NCBI GenBank assembly: GCA_012026655.1
Contig: JAAILG010000114.1
Span: 1 to 64,000 of the forward strand
From: Hydrolagus affinis
Lineage: Eukaryota
DNA length: 64,000 nt
Direction: 5' to 3'
In this document: positions 1-11,200 of the stretch, piece after piece
How the letters are laid out: the number at the start of each line of letters is the position of its first letter
How positions within the stretch are numbered: position 1 is the stretch's first letter
Made by a program: the position numbers and the translations under genes
The notes under the pieces: model-generated
What the model saw: only the letters and a program-made list of their open reading frames with translations
The model's database searches: none
Told to the model about the DNA's origin: nothing

Positions 1-244
1 TGTCTCTCTCAGTGTATATCTCTTTCTGTCTGTCTGTTCGTCTGTCTCCCTCTCTCTATCTCTATCTGTCTCTCTTTCCCTGTGTCTGTATCTCTCTCTT
101 CCTGTTGCTCTACCCAAAGCAATCCTCGCCAACTCTACAGTTTGGGCAAAATCCACTTTACTGTGTGTATCATACACACACACACACACACATATCTCTC
201 TCACACACACACATATCTCTGTCACACACACACACACACACACA
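1..244. repeat. TC-rich low-complexity tract and (CA)n microsatellite
   Basis: tctctc/tctgtc runs at 1-100 and interrupted (CA)n at about 172-244; these explain the HTHT-type ORFs. Confidence 0.9.
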
Positions 245-322
245 GTGAAACACTTTCAGACATCTCGAAGAAGTGATAAGGCAAGGACTGCTGCTGTTGT
301 TATTTTAGGCAATATAATAACA

Positions 323-628
323 GTAATAATCCTCGCATTTCATATAGCGTTTTTCACCTCTGCTAGACGTCTCAAAGCGCCTCGCAGAAATGCACTACAA
401 AGTGAATTGTCTGTATGTTTGCGGGCGAAACTCGGCAGCCGATTGCGCACAGCGGTGTCCTGCACACAGCCGTGGCTTGAAATAACCGATGGATTATTAT
501 TTTCTTGAAGGATTCTTATCAGGCGTGTGGAGTAAGGAAACCTGCCCAAGGTTTCACCCCCGCCAGGAATCGAACCCGGGTCACTCGCTTCTAAGGCGAG
601 CGCTCTAACCTGTGAACTACAGGACTCC
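323..628 (-). mobile_element. Near full-length tRNA-derived SINE with L2-like 3' tail
   Basis: Minus strand begins GGAGTCCTGTAGTTCACAGGTTAGAGCG (A box), has GGTTCGATTCC (B box) and ends AAAAACGCTATATGAAATGCGAGGATTATTA; the same family recurs across the window. Confidence 0.85.
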
Positions 629-815
629 CAAGTTTCCTTACTCCACGTGCCTGATAATAAATGGTTTCTCGAAAAAAAAATTGGTCACTGCAATCCATGA
701 CTGTTTGTGGGACAATGCTGTGCACAATTGGCTGCTGAGTTTCACCAACAAAAAGTCCTGGGAAGCCATTTGAGATCTCCGGGCGTGAAAGGCCCTATAT
801 AGGTGCAAGGATTTT
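629..815 (+). mobile_element. 5'-truncated copy of the same SINE, opposite orientation
   Basis: AAGTTTCCTTACTCCAC...TTTGTGGGACAATGCTGTGCACAATTGGCTGC...GTGAAAGGCCCTATATAGGTGCAAGGATT matches the family body and tail. Confidence 0.75.
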
Positions 816-3124
816 TTTTTAGAGTTCCATTAAAGAGTTCCTCAGATTTGGTTGATAATCAGGTTTATTCCTGGCTCCAGATTGTAGATTCTGCCACTGT
901 GAGAAGTACTTTGAGAAGTCCTCCTGATCCCACCGTCTCTCTTAAGACCTTCAAAATTTCTGCTCGGTTTCAAAGATAAGGGACTGAAAAGGGCAGAATC
1001 AACCAGGAGCATGTCTTAATTGTTCGCATCGTGGAAAACGACTTTTTATTGGAAGCAAAGCAGAACAAATGAAATATTCCAGAAAGTAACAAACACCAGT
1101 GAATCAGCTGGCTCACAATTACCCCAAATATTCTAACTTAATTTAGATTTTAAAGTGTGAGTCGTCTAACCTATGTGCCATTTGTGTTTGTAAAAACACT
1201 GGGTGTAACCCGCCATTACTCATACGGATCCTGTACTGTATGTTTATTCTGCTGACAGAGACAGGTTATTTTTGTGAGAAAATGTTGCAAGACAAGAATG
1301 GAAATGATTGCAAATTTCAACATACCAACTGCTATGAATAATAATGTTCACATTGCAGTTCTGTACATACTAGCAGAAGCTGTGTTTTGAACAAAGTTGC
1401 AAATAATAAACAGTTCTATTGTGATTTCAAGGTATTCTTAGGTTGCCAGTTCTATAATAATAATAACGCTCATTTGATAGTGATCTCTTAGCGCCTTGGG
1501 ACATCCTACCGATGCGAGAGGCGCTATACAAATGTAATGTTGTTGTTGTTGCCTTGTCACATTTGTCAAAACATCTCAAAGTGCTTCGCAGGATTTACTG
1601 TAAAGTGTAGTGAGTTTTGTAGTGTGTTTTGTGTCTAACATGTTCCACTTGGGAGTTTATTATTACATTGTAATCTCTGTATCAGATGGGGGACACTTTG
1701 GAAGAATCTTGTGTGTTTTTTGCGAGACAATACGTTCCCTTTAAATCTCTAATGATATTTGAAAGATTCCCCATAGCAAGAAATGTTAAAACAATTGGGG
1801 AGTAAGCATTACTGGCTGAGAATTTGTTTTGTATCAAAATAACAATGTTAGTACTCAACTTTAGCCACAAGGGACTGGTCGCAAGTGCTTTGCATTGTTT
1901 CCAAGGCAGGAATCAAATACAGTACAGTACATTGCACTTTAAATAGTTTTTGTTTTTCCTTCTCAGTGTTCCACTAAATTACAAACCACGAATGTGTAGA
2001 ATTTGTCATAATTGGACAAATATTTTGTAGAGTGTCAAGTTGATGGTCTTTTAAAGATCACTGAGTCATAGTCAATCAACCCTGTGCTGTGTGTGTGTAA
2101 AAAAAAACTTTGTTAAAACAAAGCTAAATAATCTCTCTATATTTTCTAATAGTTAACAATTTTTTTAAATGCAGTTTCAGTGAAAATTTGCTTCAGGTGA
2201 TGTAACATAATTTACTGTGAATCCTTCAGACAAGAAGTTCCTGACTTTCACCTGCCATACTCTGGATGGATTCCGGGGTTAAGATTTCGAGTTAGATGGA
2301 GAGCAGATTAACAACACACATTAAATGTCTGGACAGGAAGCCCACAGTTATGAGAAGTTACTAAGAATCAGTGATAGTTTGTAACATCCCATCCCATGCA
2401 ATGGTCCTAGACTTTTTTTTAAACAAAAAAAACTTTCCCCCAGTGTGTTTATGTTCAGTGGATGCTTCAAAATATTTCCTAAAGTGATATGTTTTTGTTG
2501 CATTACAGAATCAGTGCAAACAATCTTATGTTGACTTTTGTTGGTGCAATTTTCAAATGCTTGGATAAACATTTTTCAGAAATGTTTACAGTACAAGGTA
2601 AACATTTTATTGCATTGAAGAAACATTAACTCTGACAATACAGTAGTTTTTCCTCACTCTTTTCAGCTCTCTCCCCCGCCTTCCCTTTCACAGCACCATT
2701 CTCCAAGAATGCAAAGCAATCATCCTCCAGATCTCTCGTCAATATCATTCTTGAACCGAACATAATAATTCCCTCCCTAATGTTTGTTATTAGGCATACC
2801 AACGCCTTCATTGTCAGGGCAGTCGTACTGTCAAGGATTATTCATCATCATCTAGGAAAGTATAAATTCATAAATTCTTTCCAATCGCTTCACAGAACGG
2901 ACATTTATGGAAAACAAACTGTAAGGTAGATGTTTCACCCAAGGTAAAAATATCTTCACTTTAAAGTTAATGAATAAATCATCTGTATGAATTACCATTG
3001 CCCCTATTTCTTGCTGGTATATTATTTTTGGCTTGAGTTAAGAAAGAGTTATGTCATACTAATAATGATACTTAAAAAGGTCTTTTTCATGGGTAATGGC
3101 ACCTTGCAAGTTGGGAGGGCACCT

Positions 3125-3330
3125 CAACAACAACAACAAACAACAAAATTGCACTTATATAGTGCCTTTCACATCGGGAGGACGTCCCAAAGCGCTTTAC
3201 AGAATATGCTTTGAAGTGTAAGGATTAGTGTATTGTAGGCGAACGAGGCAACCAGCGTGCGTACAGCAATGTCCACGAAAACAGCCATGAAGTGAACGAC
3301 TAATGACCGAACCAAACGGGATTGATTTGG
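3125..3330 (-). mobile_element. L2/SINE 3' tail fragment with (CAA)n end
   Basis: caacaacaa...ttgcacttatatagtgcctttcacatcgggaggacgtcccaaagcgcttt is the same tail as the L2 fragment at 20193. Confidence 0.65.
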
Positions 3331-3939
3331 GCAGCTCTTTTCAAATCGGCACAGACACGATGGACCGAAACGGCTTCCTTCAGGGCTACGTAATCCTATG
3401 AATTTTACTTGAGGCATTGCCGGGCCTGCCTGGACACAACATGGCAAAAATACTGCGGTCCCAAAGAAGGGAATCTCATGTATTATCCACCTTCAAGTTG
3501 TAGAACAGCAGTTGTGAATAATTATCGTCCCTTTAAAGTGAGTCGGGCTTTAAAGTGAGCCCGAAGCGCGTGCTTACAAAGCATTATTTCCTGCCAAACA
3601 TTTAATCCTTTTGTTTTCCTCCTAAGATTAAGGAAGGGAACACACTCCATCCCTGGGCAAAAATTGCAGCAAAACCTCAATTCCTATTTTTTAAAATTAC
3701 ATTTTTTTTGAAAAAGAGAGCAGTTTTGCATCTCTTCTGGAAAGATACGGTTTATTTGCAAACTAGTATGTATTATATGTATGTATGTGTGTGTGTGTAT
3801 GTATGTGTTATTGCCCTTTGCAGTAAACATTGTATTGCTCAGTGTGTGTGTGTGTGTGTAAAGGTCCAAGCAGCTTTATTGGAATATAAAAGGAACATTG
3901 CGGCCTAGTGAGTAACACTCTTTACCATTCAGTTTGCTG

Positions 3940-4572
3940 CACGGCATTCTCCACACACACCCCCGCGCCACCCTCGCCGCTGTCCTTGCCATCATTCAAC
4001 AACCCCGAACACCCAGTCGAGCTTTCACCTTATTTATGCACTTTCTAGGTGACGCCAGAGGCGGGGCCCCGGTGGCCACCATGGCGGGTTTGTAGCCCAA
4101 AGTCACCCAAACACTAGCCCCCCCCTCCCCCCCCCGCCACCACTCTAAAAGTAGCCCCAAAATCATGTCAGCGCTTTGCAAACCGTGTAAGTGGGGACTT
4201 TTGTTTTTCGCGTTTTTGAATTAATTTGAAAAAAAACGCAAAAATGAGGCACCCGCTCAAACCCGTTTCTCTCTTTTTTTAAGTGTGTGTAACTAACCCG
4301 CCCAAATAGGCGTGAACCCGCCCCCCAACCGTGCGTGCTTCTGCGTGATGCGTGGTGCGTCCGTCCGTGCGTAACGTCTTAAGAGGGTGGGCGGGAAGGC
4401 GCTGGCGGTGTCATGGCGGCTGCCTACGAGCGGCTCGCAGCCTTTTCCATGTAAACAGCTCACCTGGCTTCTCCCCCTTCTTTTCCCTTCTTCCCTCCCT
4501 CACTGTCCCTTTTCCTCCCCCCTCCCCTCCCCCTTTCCTCCCCCCACCCCCACCCGCCCACCTCCCTCACAC
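3940..4572 (+). promoter_or_regulatory. CpG-island promoter / 5' UTR of MINDY2
   Basis: Sharp CpG/GC enrichment, GC box GAGGCGGGGC at 4058, YY1-like ATGGCGG motifs at 4081 and 4413, directly upstream of the MINDY2 ATG. Confidence 0.7.
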
Positions 4573-5298
4573 ATGGAAAAGAATGAAAACGTGGAGCGGG
4601 GCGGCGCGGCCTTGGAAACACCCGGAGCCGGGACGGTTCGAAGCGACGACGACATCATCATCATCAACAACGACGATGGCGGTGATGGTGGCGGCGAGCG
4701 GCCGAAGCGAGGAGACGTGGACTGTCGGCAGTTAAAAGGCACCGACGGCGTTGTCGCTGCAGCCGTCGCCAACTCGTGTATCACCGAGAGAGGGGCCTCG
4801 GAACTCTGCGCCCGGGATGCCGAGTACTCGCGCGGTGGAGGAGCCGCTGACAGGGAGAGCGCGATGGATGTCGGGCTCAGCCCCGTGGCGGAGTCGGTGG
4901 TTCGAGACTCGCAGCGGTCGCTCACGGACGAGGCTGGTTGGATCCAAGCGCCCAAATGCGACCAGGATCCGAGTATCAGCGACCAGAGCCTGCCCGGCGA
5001 GTCGCAGAGCATCGACTCGCTCGAGTCCTTTTCCAACCTGAACTCGTGCCCCAGCTCTGATCTGACCAGCGAGGGGCCTGAAGACAGGGCTCTGCCCGCC
5101 GTGTTGCAAAGCGAAGACTCCGGCGACAAAACTGGCCTGGCTAAACCGTCCAGCTCGAAGGAGAGGTTCCCAGGCCAGTCGGTTTATCACATCAAGTGGA
5201 TCAAGTGGAAAACGGAGAACACACCTATCATTACACAGAATGAAAATGGACCATGCCCCTTGCTCGCAATTATGAACGTTCTTCTTTTGGCATGGAAG
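4573..5298 (+). CDS. MINDY2: MINDY2 exon 1 (disordered N-terminus + catalytic Cys)
   Basis: MEKNEN...SIDSLESFSNL...FPGQSVYHIKWIKWKTENTPIITQNENGPCPLLAIMNVLLLAWK then GTAGAT donor; start ATG inferred. Confidence 0.92.
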
Positions 5299-8200
5299 GT
5301 AGATATATTAAAAGTTTCACAACATGTGAAGCTTAGTGTATTTTTTTTAATATGCATTACCCCCCCACCCACCCCCATTTGGTTTATATCTTCTGGGGAA
5401 TTTTTTTTTGCTAAAGACACAAAACATAATCCGTTGTGAATTTTAAATACACTTTTTTATTTGTTTTAGATTAAGCTACCACCTATGATGGAAATAATAA
5501 CAGCTGAACAGTTAATGGAGTACTTGGGTAAGATCACATTTTTTTCCAGTAACTAAAATGAAAAAAAATCCTTGCATTACAATAGTTCTCCCAATGTGTG
5601 CTTTTTAAATTTGGAATTAACATGAACCCGCCTCTCTCTTCAATGCCTTTTTTTGCAATCGAAAATAATGGACTGTTAGCACTAGCTGCCTAACCTCACA
5701 CATACAGAATACCTACAGTCTCTTGGGCAAGTTACTGTGGAACTGTATCCCAGAATGAGTTTTGAAAGATTTTTAAAAAATCTATTGTCATGGGTATTCT
5801 AAAAAGTGCTTATCTGAATCTTTTAGAACTTTAGGCTAACTTTGTTCTAGTATAGGTGCTCTCAGATTCTACTCTGACGTATAATTGATATGACTTGTTA
5901 AATGTGTATAATAATCCTTGCATTTGATATAGCACTTTTCACGTCTTCTAGATGTCTCAAACCGCTTCACAGGCTTGTGGAATAAGGAAACACGCCCAAG
6001 GTTTCAACTTGGTTGGACTCCACAAATGCTTTAGATGGGTAAAATACCCTTTGGTTTGTTACAGAAGAATTAGGTTAATTCCATTTTGAAGTCTCACACT
6101 ATAGGCTGTTTTTACTACAGATCCATGTGGTGTACTATTCACCCATTATTTTACATCTGATTTGAATAAATGTGACCATTATGCTAGCCTCAGTGAGCAT
6201 GAATTGAGAAAATGATTTATTGGTCATGTTGAATACCCCATTACTCTTGTCAACTATCCTTTTGACTTAACCCCTTTTTTCTCTCTCTCTCTTCCCCCCC
6301 CCCCCCAGCAAGTAAATAATCATGAGTCAAATTTCTGGCAATGCAAAAATAACTGTGAAATTCGGACCTGACTTATTAAATAATGACGGGAAGGCTGTAG
6401 TATATTTCAGCATTGATGTTAGTTGTTTATCTGGGATCTGTTTCATTCCAGATGTTATTTCCATTTAGTCTAAGAATGTCGCGTTCCATCGGATATTTTT
6501 ATCCCCCTTGACTGTGCTGTTCAGTTTTATGTTTGTCATTTAAAGGATTTTTACAGAAATAGTCTGATGGCTTACCTGGGTTTCCTGTTAAAATGAAGTG
6601 TGTCTTGCTCCTCTTATTTGAAATGACAATGTGACTTTGTCTTTAAGGTTCTCATAAATATAATTCCTTTGAATTTTTATCTTTCGAGATTTGGTGAAAC
6701 AGTTTTTAAAACAGGAATAAGTGTGAGATTATTAAGCCAATATGTGGTAATACTTAGTTAAATATAGTAATCTTATTTATAATAATAACCTTACATTTGA
6801 AATAGTGCTTTTTCAAAAAAAAAATTGAATCCCACCAGACAGTGGCTATTTCTCAGGTAGAACCATGTTTTTTTTAAAAAAGAGGATGAAATTGACATGT
6901 TTATGGTTGGCATACAAATATTTCACCAGTTGAAAGTGAACAAAATCTATATTTGTGAATATTTCATAGTGCGGTTCTATATAAACAACTTTGTGCAATA
7001 TAATATACTCCAGAGAATTTGGATCACGTTTCAAATTTTTAGACATATTTGGCTGTCAGAACTTGTTATCAATGCTATAATTGTTGCTGATGCCAGCAGA
7101 CTACCTGTTGCAGCCAGGAACCTAAAGCAACCTAGCTGCAATCTTTTCTGTGATCGTCTGGAAGGGTCCAAATTTCTGCAGAAATGATCTTTTCTTGGTC
7201 TTTTGCTTTACATCTATTCCCATTCCTTCATAGATGGGTTATGTTGACTAGTACGGTGTGAACTTGAATATTAATATGACGGGTTAGAGTGTTTCCTGAA
7301 TTTTCTTTGGAATTTGATTGTTTACATGAGGTAGAGCTCTTATTTATTTTAGCCAACTTAATTGGTGCTGAAATATGTAGCTCAATGGTGCTATTACAAT
7401 AGATTGCTTCATAAACGTCTTTTGGAATCATCCTTATTGATATTTTCAGAACCCATTCCATCTCAATTTCCTTTTGAAGGCAGGGTTCCCAAATCTTTAC
7501 GCACTGGTGCCTCAAAAGTACTCTCATCGCTGTCCGTTTATAGATATGGTCAAAGTTACAAACTACATTCTGTACACATCTCCACCGCATCTCTCAACTT
7601 TACCAACATAGTTCTGTCCTTGCCTGGTTTCGCTCTTGCCCTGACCGTCATCTACACTTTGTCTTTTCCTCCAGCCCTTGCACAATCATGTCTGTCGTTG
7701 GTCATTTCCTCCTTAATAATTACATTACTTCGCTCGGTGAAATCATTTGCTGCATAAGGTTAACTTTCATATGTATTCAAATGACATCCACCTATCGTTC
7801 TAATGTGTGAATTTTCCCCCAATTTCCTTTATTCAAATCCATCCACATGTATTTCTGTTTTAGTTGTTGATTTCAGTATTTACCTGTAGAAGTGCACAAT
7901 GCTGCAACTCTTCACAGATCCTTACATAGCAGATATAACCTTTTAAGGGCCAGATGATTCTTGTGTTACTTCCTCTTTGCTTGATAACTATGTGATAGGG
8001 CCTTCAGAGTATCCTTAAGCTTAGTGCGCTTTAACAAGTTTCCTGATTTTATTGTATGTTTGAATATTTTTTGTAATCATTTACAGTATTTAAGATCTAA
8101 CAACTGTATTATAGGGAACTAGATGGTGCAGTATAAAAGAACATTTCCGTTTTGCTTCTGTGACCTGTCTCCATGTAGAGATGCAAGAATCATTAAATAA

Positions 8201-11200
8201 TGAGTTTGGACAATTTCAGGCAGGTCCCAGCATGGTAGGGTTCACCTATCAATTCTTTTTGATAGAGGATTTATTAGTATGGGAAATGAAATGTTATACT
8301 GATATAAGAGGGGCTGTTGCCTGAGTTAAAGTACACTGTAGTAGATCTCACAGAAAGCTTTACTATGCAGTTGACTCATTCTCACATATTATACGTTTTT
8401 GCTGCTAGTATTTCATGCTGTTACAAGTGGGAAACATTTGCTTTTTCCCAGCATTGAGTTCCTCTCATGATCCAAGCCAAGAAAAACACCCAATTGGTAA
8501 GCCAGCAGATTGTTCAGGTTAAAGAGGTCACAATGCTAGCATCTTCAGATAATCATTTACTCCCTGGACCAACAATTTATTTTTAAATATTTCAGTAGAA
8601 AGACTAAAACTTTTAAAAAAATTGTTTTGCTATTTGCGAAAATAGCAGGAGCAGCTTTATGATGCAACATTGTAATGAAATGTATCCAGTGAAACTATAA
8701 GTAATGGTATTTTAGAAAAGTCTTTTCTATATTCTTTCTCTATTCTATTTTGTAATTAAATAAGCTCTTTGTGAGACATTCTCTGCTCCACCCATCAGTG
8801 GTTAAGACTGTGTTATTGTGTGCTTTGACACAATTGTAGCTCATTGAAGAGTTGTACTAGGATTGTTTTACAGCGAAACATTAATTGTTGTAACAAGTTG
8901 TAGCATAATAGTAATCCTTGCATTTGATATAGCGCCTTATCACGTTATTGAAAAGCGCTGCACAGAATATATTGTGAATTGACTCTGTATTTTGTGGGCG
9001 AGACAAAAAGCTAATTTGCAAATTATGTTTTCATGTCATGTAAACCTTTCTCCCTGTCTTGTTTTGTGGGGTTGAGGTTCAATAGTGTGTTGGCACTAAT
9101 TCAGTCATTTAAAGCAAATCATTAGAAATTTTAATTTGGGCGATGGTATTAATATTTACATTTTTCTGTAGGTGACTACATCCTGGATGCAAAACCGAAA
9201 GAAATCACAGACGCCCAGAGATTAAATTATGAACAGGTACTGGTTTTTTGCACATAATCGTGTTGTAATAGTGCTTAACAAAAACAAAAAACACAAGAAG
9301 TAATCAATAACACGACTAATGTCTATAATTAAACAAAACCAAGAATAATGTAAGGAATTGTACAACTTTAGCATTCTCTGAAAAATCTAAGCTTGTTAAG
9401 CATTCACAGCTGAATTGATGCACCATCTTTGCAATGGACTTTTTAGTTTTAACAATACTTGCATTCCTATAACAAATGTTATATTTGCTACACTGTTATT
9501 AATGATGTTACGAAGTCTTCTAATGCATTTTAACCCACGTTTTAATCTGTAGTTTGCAGTCAGAATATTTATTTATATAATATATTATAATAATCCTTAC
9601 ATTTATATAATGCTTTCCATGTCTTTTCGATGTCTCAAAGTGCTTCACGGAATACAATAATGTCCCAAGGTTGGGATCAGAGCAAGGGGAGGGTGGGAGA
9701 AGACAAGAGGGAAGAAAGGGGGGAAAAGAGGTAGGGACCAGAGCAGAAGGGAAGCGTCATGCTTGAGAGAAGGAGAGTAGGAAAATTGACTGTATATTTG
9801 TGGGAGAAACACGGCAGCCAAATTGTTTCTTTCCTCTCTTGAAGGCACTGATTAAAGCAGGTATATGGTTACAGGCTGGGGTGGGGGGAACATTGCATTT
9901 ACCTTTATTTACTCATATTTGATGGTTTACGAAATATTTGGTGGCTTTTTATAAAGAAGTGCACTACAACTGCATGAATCGGAATCATGAAAGCAATTGG
10001 CTCATCGTATTTTGCTTGGGGAGGAATAAATCGAGATCCCACCCACCCCTTACGGAGCGATCAACATGCCTGAGTTCTGTTACTTTATCTGTTTCTATCT
10101 TGCTAGAAGTCTTATTCATCTTTCTTTGATGCTCTGATCCAAATTCTAGGCCAAAGATTGATTTTAGCTTCTCTGACTATGCACGATTGTAGGTATGTTT
10201 GAATGCTCTCTTGAGTACTTGAGGCTTTATTTGAAAGGTGACAAGTCAGCAGGATGAAAGAAAATGTTCCATGACTGGAGAGATGAGACTACATTCTTGG
10301 TGCAGAAGCACAAGTTCTCTTAAAATATTTAAGTATGAACATTGTTTAGACCAATAATAACTGAGCTCATCACAAATTTGTCCCAACTAGTTGAAATGTG
10401 GTTTGTCTAGTCTGGAATGTCCTACATTTGGGGACAGAGCGAGTAAATTGGTGGTACATCTGGAACTCGTCTGCTGTTAGAGTTGAAGACCTGAGTTGAG
10501 GCTTTCCTGTAAGATTCTATAAAAGATGTTGCTTGTATCAAACAACAGTCTTTATTTCTAAATGTTCAGCTGCATGTCAGAGAATTTGTCAGCTTACAGG
10601 TCAAAAAGAAGATAACCTGAGAATGTATTCCATCTACATCAAAATGAAAACCAATTTGTACCAGTCTTTTGTACAATCTTCAAAACCTTGTCCTTGATTT
10701 ATTTATTACAAAGCCTTTTATCAAGCTTGTGCAATATAACACCTGTGAGTATTGTGTGTCCCTGTAAACAGTGCAAACTTTGTCCTTGATACACCTTTCA
10801 ATACATTGATGAGGAAAATCACTCTGGGTAATCATATATTACCCCCAAATTACGTAAAAGCAAATTAATTGAATAAAATCATTGTCTTAAATAGCACTGT
10901 ATTTACCAATGACACACTTTGAAATGTGTCTTATATAAGGTACTTTGAAAATATAAATTCTTTCTATCATGTTTACGTTTCCACAATATAATTGCAAAGC
11001 GCATTTTCAGGAACACTTTTGTGTACAATTATGGCAAATCAGATGGAATGATGAGGACTTTTTGTGCCTGGAAATTGTTGCCACTGTGCTTTTGAGTAAA
11101 TGCATCCTGCAAGTTCAATTGAGCTCGTATGCAAATTAATTTATCATGTCCTTGGGATAATTTACCCTTTTAGAATAAAAGCAACTGTTTCCATTGCCTT

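Noticed and set aside
12-549. ORFs 12..248, 82..276, 245..508 and 340..549
   Set aside because: Translations of microsatellite and SINE sequence, not genes
560-628. tRNA-like sequence with A and B boxes
   Set aside because: It is the head of a SINE with body and tail attached; no proper cloverleaf, so not a tRNA gene
2626-2851. Minus-strand 61-aa ORF preceded by an acceptor-like tttcctag
   Set aside because: All three frames after the AG hit stops quickly and the peptide resembles no family I recognise
3925-4181. Possible ADAM10 first exon on the minus strand (expected by synteny)
   Set aside because: Neither MILGLLLEWW... nor MMARTAARV... resembles the ADAM10 signal peptide exon; no ADAM10 coding sequence is identifiable in the window
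4387-4572. In-frame GTG-initiated N-terminal extension of MINDY2
   Set aside because: Pro/Leu/Ser low-complexity translation of a pyrimidine tract; ATG 4573 is the simpler start
4352-5190. Overlapping alternative-frame and antisense ORFs over MINDY2 exon 1
   Set aside because: Expected in GC-rich, stop-poor CpG-island sequence
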